64,000 nt of DNA from Stieleria maiorica (GCF_008035925.1 NZ_CP036264.1:2412443-2476442), one strand, 5' to 3'. Numbered from the stretch's first letter, positions 28,401-37,620 are shown. Translations and numbers: made by a program. The notes: generated by a model not told the origin, from the sequence alone.

Positions 28401-30733
28401 GACTCCATCGAACGCACGCGGTTGTCGATGCCTTTGAGGATCCGATCGGCCGCCGAGGCCAGCGACTCGGCGCGGCGGTTGCGTTTCTCGACCAGTTGCA
28501 CCTTGCGTGATTCGAACGCCGCGTAAACCTCTTCGCGGCGGACGGCCAGTTGTTCGATAAAGTCATCGAACTCGGCGAACTTGCCTTCCAGCTCCTCCAG
28601 CTGCACCATCACCTTGGTCAGGTATTCGTCGCAGCGATCGGGGCTGTCGCAGACGTCCAGATAGCCCGACGTGGTTTGTTCCAACAATTTCAATTGGGAC
28701 GCAAACTCGGCGCGGCCTTCCACACCGACCAACTCGGACGTGCGAGCTTTGAGCGCGCTGCGAACACGGTTGACCGAGGCAAACACGTCGCCGATCGCGT
28801 CGATGATTTCGGTGCGTTTGGTCGCGTCGTCGATGCGCAGGTTGCTGACCGTTTCGGTCAACAATTCCAACTGCGATGCGGCGGCGTCGATTTCTTCGCC
28901 CAGCGACTTCGATTCGGCTACCGTCGCGACTTCCGCCACGCGATCCTTGGCCGCGGCGATGCGATTGATGTAGGGATCCAGGGCGCCGGGGGTGAGCAGA
29001 AAGTCGACACAGCGACGGCTCAACCGTTCGCTGCGCTCGGCCGTGGCGGTTTCGAGCTGGTCGACAAGTTCCAAATCGACGTAGCGGAGTTCCTTCAGCC
29101 CCAAAGCGTGCCCGCGCTGAGTTCGCAGTTCGGCCAGCGAGGTCACGAAATCATCGATCGATTCGAAACGGCTGCGTTCGATCTTCTTGATCAGCGCCTC
29201 GATCGCCGCGGAGACCTCTTTGGTTCGCGAATCCGTCTCGCGCCGGGCCCGGACGACCTTGTCGAATTCTTCGACCGCCGCATTGGACGCTTCGCGAATC
29301 TTTTGCAGCGGTTCGGCCAGCTTTTCCGTTTCCGGCTTGTCGATCCAAAAGTAGCTGTCCAGGACGTCGGACGATTTCTTGTTCAGATCGACGTACAGGC
29401 CCTCGTAGCTGTCGTCTTTGTCGATCAGCTGCAGCAGTTCGCTGCACTCGGCCATCCCCCGGACGATCTCCTTGTTGCCGATTTTGAACAGCAGCGAATC
29501 GGTTTGGTTTTCGGGGACGAAATTGGGGCCGGTGAAGGGCGTCTGCCAGATCTGCACGGCGTGGTGTTTTTGGGCTTCTTCTTGGCCGCGGAAACAGACC
29601 ATCTCGCCGCGTTCGAAGAAGGTTTGTCCGTGACAGATCAGCGGCGTGTCGACGGTTTGTTTGATCAGGTTGTAGCGCAGTTGGACGTAGGTCCCGGAGG
29701 TCGGCGCGTAGAACAGGTACAGGTAGTCTTCACCGTTGGAGGCGGCGACGGTGCGTTGATAACGCATGTCGCTGAGTCCGGTTTCGAACCGTTTGAATTC
29801 GCCGGTTTGCAGGTAGTAGCCGCCGGGGAAGATCAGCCCTTGGTCGCCCGGCAGCATGACGCAGGCCTCGGCGATTTCGTCCAATCGGATCGCCTGCTGG
29901 ATCTTGCTGTTGAAAACCAGGTACCGGAAGCGGTCTTCCTGGTAAGGTTTCATTTTCAGCAACACCAGGTTGCCCAAGACCGCGTAGTAGATTTCCGCGT
30001 CATCGAGCGTTTGGTCGGGGTTATCGACCGGTTCGGCATAGATGCCTTCGCCGCTGCTGGTGTTGTTTTCGACCTTGATGGTCAGGTCACCGCCGACGGT
30101 TTCCACAAACACGATGTCTTCGATCGAGATGTGGGGGTGTTCACCGTAGTGATGTTGATCGCGGGTCGTGCGCGTCCAGCGAAACTCGTGCTGGGCGGGC
30201 TCTTTGACTTCGTGTTCGCTGCGGTTGTCGATATACTCGATCGCATCGGACGTGACCCGCCATTTAAACGACTTGATGTCGCGGTTCGTCTTGCCGACCT
30301 GAAACACCATGTGCAGGATCGGGCCGGAGCGATAGAACCGTGAAAACCGCGTGTCTTTGTAGAACCGATACAGCTCGCTGAAATCGTTGTGGAAACGCGA
30401 ATCACCGATCAGATCCAACGTCGCCTCGTGGAACTGGTTGTCTTCGAACCGGTAGGCCGAAAAAACATCCGAGAGTTCGATTTCCGTCTTCAATCCGAAC
30501 TGGACGTTGTATCCGAACAGGAACTGATCGCCGACGGAAACCAGGTCGCGCGGGACGCAGTTGTGTTCGGTGGTGACACGTTCGGTCGAGATCAACTTGG
30601 TCTCGATATTGCCAAAGACTTCCGCCCGCGACTCGTTCAGTTTGGCAAGCCGGGAACGCAGGTCGTCGGCGGCATCACGCAAACGATTGCGGAGAACTTC
30701 GTAGGTGCCGGCGGCGAGTTGGGAGTCGGGCAT
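25481..30733 (-). CDS. 1750-aa coiled-coil protein with one AAA+ ATPase domain (AAA_5/MoxR-dynein-like) near residues ~1255-1420
   Basis: Walker A is LLLISPPGYGKTTLMEYIANRLG (coding ~26905-26928). Walker B is NVMLYLDDIQ (~26717-26746). The sensor/Arg-finger-like region is SVVMAGNPYTESGERFQIPDMLSNRADVYNLGE. About 1200 aa of predicted helical/coiled-coil sequence lie N-terminal and ~330 aa C-terminal. There is no TM segment. Confidence 0.75.
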   Translation of the reverse strand: MPDSQLAAGTYEVLRNRLRDAADDLRSRLAKLNESRAEVFGNIETKLISTERVTTEHNCVPRDLVSVGDQFLFGYNVQFGLKTEIELSDVFSAYRFEDNQFHEATLDLIGDSRFHNDFSELYRFYKDTRFSRFYRSGPILHMVFQVGKTNRDIKSFKWRVTSDAIEYIDNRSEHEVKEPAQHEFRWTRTTRDQHHYGEHPHISIEDIVFVETVGGDLTIKVENNTSSGEGIYAEPVDNPDQTLDDAEIYYAVLGNLVLLKMKPYQEDRFRYLVFNSKIQQAIRLDEIAEACVMLPGDQGLIFPGGYYLQTGEFKRFETGLSDMRYQRTVAASNGEDYLYLFYAPTSGTYVQLRYNLIKQTVDTPLICHGQTFFERGEMVCFRGQEEAQKHHAVQIWQTPFTGPNFVPENQTDSLLFKIGNKEIVRGMAECSELLQLIDKDDSYEGLYVDLNKKSSDVLDSYFWIDKPETEKLAEPLQKIREASNAAVEEFDKVVRARRETDSRTKEVSAAIEALIKKIERSRFESIDDFVTSLAELRTQRGHALGLKELRYVDLELVDQLETATAERSERLSRRCVDFLLTPGALDPYINRIAAAKDRVAEVATVAESKSLGEEIDAAASQLELLTETVSNLRIDDATKRTEIIDAIGDVFASVNRVRSALKARTSELVGVEGRAEFASQLKLLEQTTSGYLDVCDSPDRCDEYLTKVMVQLEELEGKFAEFDDFIEQLAVRREEVYAAFESRKVQLVEKRNRRAESLASAADRILKGIDNRVRSMESADDIAAYFAGDLMVEKVRDIIDQLQELDDAVRVGDLQSRMKTIREDSVRQLKDRQDLYEDGGHIIRLGKQKFAVNTQPLDLTTVLRNDAMCLHLTGTQFFAPLEDPALSDAKDLWNQELISENRDVYRAEFLAVDLFNNRNSHGPALTAEAVDAGWIQSKIGGRFDQGYAKGVHDHDAAMILAALLQIDARIDLLGHPPSVRAAGLLWFEKLLDSKTRDAMTDWIGGFAKLAKAYPQAEPAVEFRQRLAELAQQDHPLWGPLFDHNVTSEGIANYLFDQLVHNEPEVVCSARAAGLYKAFTDSVPEVDRQTLLEAAMKSNESDPVRSFVLARNWAKAFLANHDGDNQVDPAHYYLDELAWIILSGDLSRQRIAEVEIATSLGGLVGNHDRIQGGKMVVHYHELLRRVGRYMLDIVPRYRKLNETKSRLVDAARDDMRLDEFKPRVLTSFVRNRLLDEVYLPLIGDNLAKQMGAAGENKRTDRMGLLLLISPPGYGKTTLMEYIANRLGLVFMKINGPAIGHQVTSLDPAEAPNAAAKEEVERLNLALEMGDNVMLYLDDIQHTHPEFLQKFISLCDATRKIEGVSNGKTRTYDLRGRRVSVVMAGNPYTESGERFQIPDMLSNRADVYNLGEIIGDSADAFEMSYLENCLTSNTTLAPLSSASPDDARAIIRAAERDTMEGIELQGNFSPDQVRDMYEVMRKLLQVRDVVLRVNRAYIRSAAQADAYRTEPPFKLQGSYRNMNRMAEKVASVMNAKELQSLIVSSYEQDAQTLTTDNEANVLKFKELMGILTPEEKERWDSIKYSFVESIRMQGLDSEDQAGQLMRQLASMRDGLESIRQVISRAIAASGDGSEERMDARIDSLRHSLTASADQLAATLKTTGEQLQRISEHQANAQPPDQKVFVQHKVPRVLADLIKGQFHLMQEWLRPILSESIDNGRDLERLKEQLDAMRANYREIESTFDAASGDEPA

Positions 30734-30926
30734 GGATTGGCTCCCGGAGGGTGATGGGGGAAGCAGGCGGCGAATTCAGCTGACGGAATCAAGGGGGCAT
30801 CGGGGCTGAGTCCCGGGCCGCCGGTGGCGGCACAGGAAGGCTTCGCCGGACTCGTTTCACAGAGCGGAGGGCAAAGCGAGAGCACGGCCCCTCGCGGTCG
30901 ATCGCGAGGGGCCGCGACGCCGCCGA

Positions 30927-33077
30927 TTACGCTAAACCGCCTTTCAGTTTTTTACCATTGTCGGAACTGCCGCCCAGCAGTCGGCTGGTTTTTTGGTCGG
31001 CGATGTTGGCCGATCCGGCCATCCCGAGCAGACTGGTCAATTGCGATCGCATGTCGTCGGTGTCGGCCATGCCCATCATCTTGGCGATCAACGCCGCGAT
31101 GGACAGGTCTTTGACGCCGTCGGTGTCCAAGTTGAACTGTCCGATCATTTTCGTCAGCTGATCACGAAAGTACTCCGCGTTGCCATCGAAGAACGTGTCC
31201 TTGATGTCGGTCGCGACGCGGCTGTTGTAGACGAATCGGTCGATCGCTTTTCCGCCCTTGACGGCCGAAGTGATCTGGTCGAAGAACTCGCCGTCGCCGC
31301 CGACGATGTCGATGCGAGCGGCCTTGAGTGCTTCGCCGACCACACCGGCTTGGCTTTCGGCGATGCCACGCTGGGCATCGATCGCCGCGATCTCGACTTC
31401 CTTTTCCTTGTTCAGCTTCAGCTTGAACTCTTCGTGTTCCTTTCCGACGCTGTCGAAGATCTTCATCGCTTCGGCCTTTTCGGTGATACCGGTCGCCTCG
31501 CTGCGATACTTTTCCAGTTCGACGCTGGCTTCGGCCATGCCTTGTTTTTCGACCGCGGCCGCTTTGGCTTCGATGCCCTTGGCTTCGGCAACCGCTTTCT
31601 TTTCCAGGACGGTCGCTTGGGCCGACCCTTCTTTTTCCAGGCTGACCGCTTTGGCTTCTTGCACGCGTGCTTCGGCCAATCCGGCCGCAGCGGCCTTGGC
31701 GGCGTCGGCTTCGGCCAGCATCTTGGCGGCCGCCGTTTCTTTCTCCGCCGCATCGCGTTTGGCTTCCGCCTCGATGCGGATCTTTTCGGCCAACAGCTCG
31801 CTGGATTCCTTTTCCGCTTGGGCCAACTTGGTTTGGCGAATCAGCTCTTCTTCGGCCTTCATTTCCGCCGCAGTGATTTGAACCTTTTTTGCTCGCTCGG
31901 CCTTGGCGATTTCTTCGGTGTCCTTGATGCGTTCTTGCTCTTCGACGACCGCTCGTTCGACGGCGACGCGTTCGCGAATCACCTCTTGGATGTTTCGCTT
32001 TTCGGTTTCGATCGCCTTTTCCTTTTCGACTTCGGCGACGCCGACCACCCGCAGGCGTTCGGTGGCTTCCAGGTCACGGTCTCGATTGACGCGTTCGAGT
32101 TCGACGGCGTCGGTTTTTTCCTTGTTCCGCTGGGCGACCAGGATTTGACGGTCTCGGTTCTCCGAGGCGATGCCGAGTTCTTCTTCGGTCGCGATCCGGG
32201 CCCGTTCGGCTTCCAGTCGCTGTTCCTCTTCGACCTTTCGGGCCGAGGCCTGTTCGCGGGCGGTGATTTCGGCGATTTCGCGTTTCTGTTTCTCAACCGC
32301 TTCGACGCGTTGGCGCTCCAACGCGAGGATGGTCTCTTCGGCTTCGACGTCCTGCTTCTTGAGCGTCTTTTCCTTGTCGCGGGTGAACTGGTTTTCCTTG
32401 ACCTTTTCGGCACTGGTCAGTTCGGTGATCTTCTTGATCCCCTCGGCGTCCAGGATGTTGTTGGGCGAGAGCAGTTCCAGGGGAGTTTGTTCCAGATAAT
32501 CGATCGCCGCGTCGTCGAGCCGGTATCCGTTCAAGTCGGTGCCGATGACCTTCAGGATTTCGTCCTTGAACTTGTCGCGTTCGTCGTACAGTTCGACAAA
32601 GTCAAATTGCTTGCCGACCGTCTTTAATGCTTCGGAGAATTTGGCGTCGAACAGTTCACGAAGTGTTTCAAGTTCCGAACAGCGACGGGCGCCGATCGAT
32701 GCGGCGACCTCCTTCATCTCTTCTTCGCTGCTGTCGACGCGGATGAAGAAGGCGACTTTGATGTCCGCGCGGATGTTGTCTTTACAGATCAAACCTTCGC
32801 TGCCCTGGCGGCTGATTTCAAAACTTTTCAGCGACAGGTCCATCAGTTCGTAACGATGGATCACCGGGACGATCAACATGCCGTTGCCGGTGACGACATC
32901 CATCTTGCCCATCCCGGTTTTGACGATCGCTTGGTCCGGGCCGACCACCATGTAACACTTCTTGATGGTCGCGACGATGCCTAGAAGCACCACAAAGAGA
33001 ATCCCGACGCCGATCAGGACACTCGTCAGCAGGCCTTCGGCCAGCAGCGGGGTCGCAAGAGTACTCCAAGTCATCAC
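30927..33077 (-). CDS. flotillin-like SPFH/Band-7 family protein (YqiK/FloT-type)
   Basis: An N-terminal TM anchor is followed by an SPFH domain (MVVGPDQAIVKTGMGK...VPVIHRYELMDLSLKSFEI...) and then a long Glu/Ala/Lys/Arg-rich flotillin-type coiled coil (EA repeats). The C-terminal is Gly-rich. It overlaps the upstream NfeD-like gene by 4 nt (ATGA). Confidence 0.85.
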   Translation of the reverse strand: MMTWSTLATPLLAEGLLTSVLIGVGILFVVLLGIVATIKKCYMVVGPDQAIVKTGMGKMDVVTGNGMLIVPVIHRYELMDLSLKSFEISRQGSEGLICKDNIRADIKVAFFIRVDSSEEEMKEVAASIGARRCSELETLRELFDAKFSEALKTVGKQFDFVELYDERDKFKDEILKVIGTDLNGYRLDDAAIDYLEQTPLELLSPNNILDAEGIKKITELTSAEKVKENQFTRDKEKTLKKQDVEAEETILALERQRVEAVEKQKREIAEITAREQASARKVEEEQRLEAERARIATEEELGIASENRDRQILVAQRNKEKTDAVELERVNRDRDLEATERLRVVGVAEVEKEKAIETEKRNIQEVIRERVAVERAVVEEQERIKDTEEIAKAERAKKVQITAAEMKAEEELIRQTKLAQAEKESSELLAEKIRIEAEAKRDAAEKETAAAKMLAEADAAKAAAAGLAEARVQEAKAVSLEKEGSAQATVLEKKAVAEAKGIEAKAAAVEKQGMAEASVELEKYRSEATGITEKAEAMKIFDSVGKEHEEFKLKLNKEKEVEIAAIDAQRGIAESQAGVVGEALKAARIDIVGGDGEFFDQITSAVKGGKAIDRFVYNSRVATDIKDTFFDGNAEYFRDQLTKMIGQFNLDTDGVKDLSIAALIAKMMGMADTDDMRSQLTSLLGMAGSANIADQKTSRLLGGSSDNGKKLKGGLA

Positions 33078-33820
33078 GATTGGTTCTCCGGTTCAAGTTC
33101 AGTAACGGTGTAGATCCGTTTGGTTGGGTCAAACTCTGTAATCCGCACTTCCGTCCCTTTCGGAATCACTGCCCCCGTTGTGCGGACATTTAACAAAAGC
33201 GGAGCGGCATTCGTCCGAAACTTAGCTTGCCCAAAGCTGGGGGATGCCTCGATCGACGAAATTTCGCATGTCGCCCCGAGCAACCGGTCTTTGTCGTAAC
33301 CGGGCTCGGGCGAAAACTTTCCGACCACCGGCTGGGTGACGAACTTGGTCGCCACCACGGCGATGACAAAGTTGCGCGCCGCCAGCAGGACCGAAGGCAG
33401 CCAGATCGGTTGATACCGTGAGGCGTCGAATCCGTGCCAGAGGCCGTAGGAGACCATCCAGAACAGGACGGTGAACGCCCCGAACCAGATCACCAACGGC
33501 ACGCGTCCGAAGTTGGACCAGCGGACCGTCGTGGCCGCAAACCCGCCCAGGAAATCGAGGCCGACCGGATGTCCGACTTCGGCATCGCCGCCGGCGACAT
33601 CGAAATCGACCGCGTCCAAATCCGGCGTGCCGAGGTCCACGTCCATGTCCAAGTCGGCGTCCAGATCGATGTCAGGCGCCCCCAAATCCAATTCGATCAA
33701 CCCGACCAAGGCCACCAGGGTGTACATCACCATCAGGCAAACCAGAATCGACGCCGGCCAGACGGGACCGACGAACATTCGATTGGCGAGATCTGTCAGC
33801 ACTTCTTCCACAGCGGTCAT
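33074..33820 (-). CDS. NfeD/YqiJ-like membrane protein (flotillin-partner, C-terminal OB-fold-like)
   Basis: Several TM helices are followed by a C-terminal soluble beta-rich segment (GATCEISSIEASPSFGQAKFRTNAAPLLLNVRTTGAVIPKGTEVRITEFDPTKRIYTV), typical of the NfeD short homologs found immediately upstream of flotillin (yqiJ-yqiK, yuaF-floT arrangement). An acidic DLD-rich loop is present. Confidence 0.6.
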   Translation of the reverse strand: MTAVEEVLTDLANRMFVGPVWPASILVCLMVMYTLVALVGLIELDLGAPDIDLDADLDMDVDLGTPDLDAVDFDVAGGDAEVGHPVGLDFLGGFAATTVRWSNFGRVPLVIWFGAFTVLFWMVSYGLWHGFDASRYQPIWLPSVLLAARNFVIAVVATKFVTQPVVGKFSPEPGYDKDRLLGATCEISSIEASPSFGQAKFRTNAAPLLLNVRTTGAVIPKGTEVRITEFDPTKRIYTVTELEPENQS

Positions 33821-33960
33821 GCCCAGGCAAGAGTCATGCGATTCCTAAACCGACTCGTTAGCGTAGGGCATTTTCAGGCCGCCGGCGGGGCGCAGCGTTC
33901 CCCAGAAAGACGAAAACTTTGAAGACGTCGGCTGTCCGGCGCGGCGACGCCACACGGGGC

Positions 33961-33989
33961 GCCGAAAGCCTTGGCGGCTTCCGCTACGA
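33961..33989. repeat. REP-like module (GCCGAAAGCCTTGGCGGCTTCCGCTACG) copy
   Basis: It is identical to the module at 1172-1200 and, in reverse complement, at 43112-43140. It lies upstream of the NfeD-flotillin module. Confidence 0.6.
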
Positions 33990-34021
33990 CACGCACCCGC
34001 AACTTGCACCGCAGTCGACGA

Positions 34022-35143
34022 CTAGCCGACCAGGCCCGAGCGGACGCGGAGCGTGTCCAGATCCAGCAACCCGACCAGGCGACCGCGATCGTCGGCGACG
34101 GCGAATTGCCGACAACCGTCCAACGGCCGCGTGACGACGGATTCCAGCGATTCCTCCGGGGACAGGATTGGCGCGTCGTGACGCGCCAGTTGGCCGACCG
34201 TGGTCGTCGGATCGGCGCCCTCGCGCAGCGCCGCCGATACATCTTCCAGGGCCAGGATGCCGACGACAAAATCGTCCAGACCGACGACGGGCACGGCGGT
34301 CGTCGGGCACGATCGCAGCGTCGGCAGCAATTCCCCGAGTTCGGTTTCCATCGTCAGGAAAGGCGGCTGGTGCAGCATCGCATCGCGGATCGTCAGATCC
34401 CGTAGCGGTTCGATCGCATCGACCTGTCGCGCTTCGGACAGCCCCGCGTAACAGATAAACACGGCGATCAATCCGGCCGTGACCACGCCGTTGTACAACG
34501 CCAACGAACCCATCACGACCGCGCACACCACGCCGATGTAGGACGCGATCCGCGTCGCCCGGCGGTATTCAATTCCCATCGCCAAAATGCTGCGCAGCAC
34601 CCGCCCTCCGTCCATCGGAAACGCGGGGATCATGTTGAACAGAATCAGTGCCGTGTTGACCAACATCATGCTCATCAAATAGCCCAGCGGCGTCGGCGAA
34701 TTGAGCGTTTCGATGTAACGATCGATGGCGTCCGGTTGCGTCACTAATTCGCCCAGCGATGGCAACCCGAACCCGGAAAAGACGAACAAGACGGCTGCCA
34801 AGAACAACACGATGACGACATTGACCGCCGGGCCGGCGACCGCCACCAAGAATTCTTGCCAGGGGATCCGCGGAATCTTCATCAAACGAGCGACACCGCC
34901 GATGGGAAACAGCGTGATGTCCATCGTTTCAATGCCGAACCGCCGGGCCATCAAGGCGTGGCCGTATTCATGCAGCGTCACGCACAGAAACATGCCCAAC
35001 AAAAGCGTGACGCCGAAGACCGTCCCGACGACGCCGTCCTGGTATCCTGCATAGGCCACGTAGGCGACCAAAAGGGCGAACGACCAGTGGACGTAGACGC
35101 CGATTCGAAAGTAAGTTCCCAGTTTAAGTCGTCGTCGCCACAC
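34022..35143 (-). CDS. site-2 protease family (M50) zinc metallopeptidase with C-terminal CBS domain pair
   Basis: HEYGHALMAR is the HExxH motif within TM helices. A second motif region is FPMDGGRV. The C-terminal ~120 aa is CBS-like. Confidence 0.8.
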   Translation of the reverse strand: MWRRRLKLGTYFRIGVYVHWSFALLVAYVAYAGYQDGVVGTVFGVTLLLGMFLCVTLHEYGHALMARRFGIETMDITLFPIGGVARLMKIPRIPWQEFLVAVAGPAVNVVIVLFLAAVLFVFSGFGLPSLGELVTQPDAIDRYIETLNSPTPLGYLMSMMLVNTALILFNMIPAFPMDGGRVLRSILAMGIEYRRATRIASYIGVVCAVVMGSLALYNGVVTAGLIAVFICYAGLSEARQVDAIEPLRDLTIRDAMLHQPPFLTMETELGELLPTLRSCPTTAVPVVGLDDFVVGILALEDVSAALREGADPTTTVGQLARHDAPILSPEESLESVVTRPLDGCRQFAVADDRGRLVGLLDLDTLRVRSGLVG

Positions 35144-35204
35144 GTTGGGTCGGCCCGTTTGTAAAGTCCGTTGGTTTCCGTCTGTTCTCCAAACGCATCA
35201 CACT

Positions 35205-35648
35205 ATGTTACGCCACAAACTGATTCACCCCCAGATCTCCTCCATCCTGGCAGCCTCGGGGCACCATAGCACCATTTTGATCGCCGACGGAAACTACCCC
35301 GCAGCGAGTAAACGCGGCCCCCGAGCCGAGCTGGTCAGTTTGAATCTAATGCCCGGCGTCCCGACCTGCAATCAGGTCCTCGAAGCGGTCTTGTCGGCCA
35401 TCCCGGTCGAAGCGATCCAAACGATGAAGACCGAAACCGAGGGCCCCTACGCTTTGGACGGCGATCCGCCGGTGTGGGACGACTACCGCGCGACGATCAA
35501 AGCCGAGGGCTTGGATCTGGAACTGGAGCCGATCGAGAAGTGGGATTTCTACAAAGCGGTCAGCACCGAAGACCACGTGCTGACCATTCAAACGGCCGAC
35601 CAGCAACGTTACGCCAACATCCTGCTCAGCGTCGGGGTGCGGATGTAG
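35205..35648 (+). CDS. RbsD/FucU family sugar mutarotase/pyranase
   Basis: MLRHKLIHPQISSILAASGHHSTILIADGNYP matches the RbsD/FucU N-terminal consensus. I took the start at the internal Met, not at the upstream ORF-track start. Confidence 0.7.
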   Translation: MLRHKLIHPQISSILAASGHHSTILIADGNYPAASKRGPRAELVSLNLMPGVPTCNQVLEAVLSAIPVEAIQTMKTETEGPYALDGDPPVWDDYRATIKAEGLDLELEPIEKWDFYKAVSTEDHVLTIQTADQQRYANILLSVGVRM

Positions 35649-35778
35649 GGGCAGATTTCAGTGGGATAGGCTGCCGGGGGGATAGGCTGCCGGGATTCTG
35701 TTAAATCGTCGGGTGAACAGTCGTGGGCGACGCGAGGAGTTCTCGCGGCTGCGCAACACGCATGGACTCGTCGCCTCG

Positions 35779-36441
35779 TCAGCGCCACAGCCATTCGCGG
35801 AACCCTTCGACGACCTGCTGGCGTTCCGCGACGGCTCGCCAAACGACAAGGGTCCCGATCGCGAGCGCGACGGCGATCATCGTGCCGCCGCGGCGTGGGG
35901 CGGGAGCCGTGGTCGCCGCGGCTTTGTCGCGGAGATGCCCAAGTAGTTTTCCCCAAAATGCTGCGGCTGCAATCGGTTCGAACGATTCAATCGACGTGGT
36001 GTCGATCGCTTGGTGACCTGACGCTCTCAGGTGAACGCGCAGGTTTGGCAGATACACCTGCAGCGTTTCCCGGTCACAGCTCGCCTCTGAATCGAGCTCC
36101 AAGGCGGCTTCCAGCAGCGGCGTCAACATCTGTTCGGGCGTCCGACCATACACGACCAGTCGAGGCCGCGCCGTCAACGCCAACAACGAAACGATCAACC
36201 CGTAAAACGTCGCCAGCGCCAGCCAGACCCAGCCGCCGAAGACCCCGGCAGCAGCCTTTGGAAAAAACAATTCGCCAGGGCCGATCGCGACCCACCCGGC
36301 GACCGAAAACCCGAGCGCAGCGATGTCGCGGCCGCCCGTCGTGACCAAGACGCGACCGCTGATGCGAATCACCCCCAGCAACAGCAAATACGCGATCAGC
36401 GGCAACAGTGCGATCAGCAAGTAGATCGGTTCAATAGTCAT
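35779..36441 (-). CDS. hypothetical membrane protein
   Basis: The ORF has an N-terminal TM helix and additional hydrophobic segments, with no recognisable motif. Confidence 0.3.
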   Translation of the reverse strand: MTIEPIYLLIALLPLIAYLLLLGVIRISGRVLVTTGGRDIAALGFSVAGWVAIGPGELFFPKAAAGVFGGWVWLALATFYGLIVSLLALTARPRLVVYGRTPEQMLTPLLEAALELDSEASCDRETLQVYLPNLRVHLRASGHQAIDTTSIESFEPIAAAAFWGKLLGHLRDKAAATTAPAPRRGGTMIAVALAIGTLVVWRAVAERQQVVEGFREWLWR

Positions 36442-36680
36442 GCGCGCAGGGCAATTTCGTAAGTCGTATCAGGATCTTGCGGGGAGCTGTAAAGCGTACC
36501 ACTTCGAAGCGATCGACGCGACGACGGGATCGCCGGCCCGATGACCCCGTCAATCGGACCAACCGGCAGATTGACGGCAAGCCATCACCACCGTTGGGCC
36601 GGTCCATCGGGCGTGCCACCGGATCGCGTCGCAACCTTGGGAAGTGAGGCCCGAACTGATGAGACACCCGACGTAGCTAC

Positions 36681-37613
36681 ATGAGTGAACAATCCAATCC
36701 AACCGAAACACGATCGAGCACCGCAGGAATCGCCGATGGATTTCAACCTGCCCTACTCGAGAAAGGACCAACGGACGTGATCGATCGAGTCGAAACAACG
36801 CTGCGCGAAGTCGAACAGGCGTGTCGCCGGATCGAGCAGGACGGCAAGTGTGCGTTTGATCTAAGCGTGATCGTTCCGGTCTACAACGAACGCGAGACGT
36901 TGCCGAAAATCCTGGAGCGTATCGACGAAGTGTTTTCGGAGCGGACGCAGACGATCGTGATTGATGATGCCAGCACCGACGGCACGACGCAGTGGTTGGC
37001 ATCACTTGCCCCACGTGCCAATCGCACGATCTTGTTGCGCGGACGAAACCACGGCAAAGGGTCCGCGGTCCGAATGGGGATACGACACAGTCGCGGAACG
37101 ATCGTTGCGATCCAAGATGCGGATACCGAGTACGACCCGATCGACTTGCTGCAGGTCATCAAGCCGATTCAATCCGGCCAGGCCGATGCCGTCTACGGAT
37201 CGCGGTATCTGGACGGCAGCGATGACCCGTCACTCGTTCATCGGCTGGGCAATTGGGCCCTGACGGCGATCAGCAACTGCATGACCGGCCAACAATTGAC
37301 GGACATGGAGACTTGCCACAAAGCGTTCCGCGGCGACCTGGTGCGATCGATTCGAATCCGCGAATGTCGGTTCGGATTCGAGCCCGAAATCACCGGCAAG
37401 ATCGCCGACCGCGGGGTCACGATCGCCGAAGTTCCCACGGGGTACCAGTACCGCAGCTACGACGAAGGCAAGAAAATCACCTGGAAGGACGGCGTCGCGG
37501 CCTTGGCGTGCATGTGGCGTTACCGCAACCCCGGTTGGTTGTCGCGGGCGTTTGCCGGCGGCGGCAGAGTGCTGGTTCGATTGCCGCGGTTGATGCTGCC
37601 TGATCGCAGATAA
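36681..37613 (+). CDS. family 2 glycosyltransferase (dolichol-phosphate mannosyltransferase-like)
   Basis: LSVIVPVYNERETLPKILERI...IVIDDASTDGT...QDADTEYDP...GSRY is the canonical GT2 (DxD) fold. Confidence 0.8.
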   Translation: MSEQSNPTETRSSTAGIADGFQPALLEKGPTDVIDRVETTLREVEQACRRIEQDGKCAFDLSVIVPVYNERETLPKILERIDEVFSERTQTIVIDDASTDGTTQWLASLAPRANRTILLRGRNHGKGSAVRMGIRHSRGTIVAIQDADTEYDPIDLLQVIKPIQSGQADAVYGSRYLDGSDDPSLVHRLGNWALTAISNCMTGQQLTDMETCHKAFRGDLVRSIRIRECRFGFEPEITGKIADRGVTIAEVPTGYQYRSYDEGKKITWKDGVAALACMWRYRNPGWLSRAFAGGGRVLVRLPRLMLPDRR

Positions 37614-37620
37614 GATATGT

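Noticed and set aside
28550-30343. 597-aa + strand ORF, with similar long antisense ORFs at 30993-32627, 57652-59343, 10630-11643, 1455-2393, 13074-14447, 19310-20401 and 22935-23789
   Set aside because: They run antisense to well-supported genes (the ATPase, flotillin, secDF, the giant protein, mtnA and a sulfatase). Their low-complexity Arg/Gly/Asp/Val-rich translations are typical of high-GC antisense frames.
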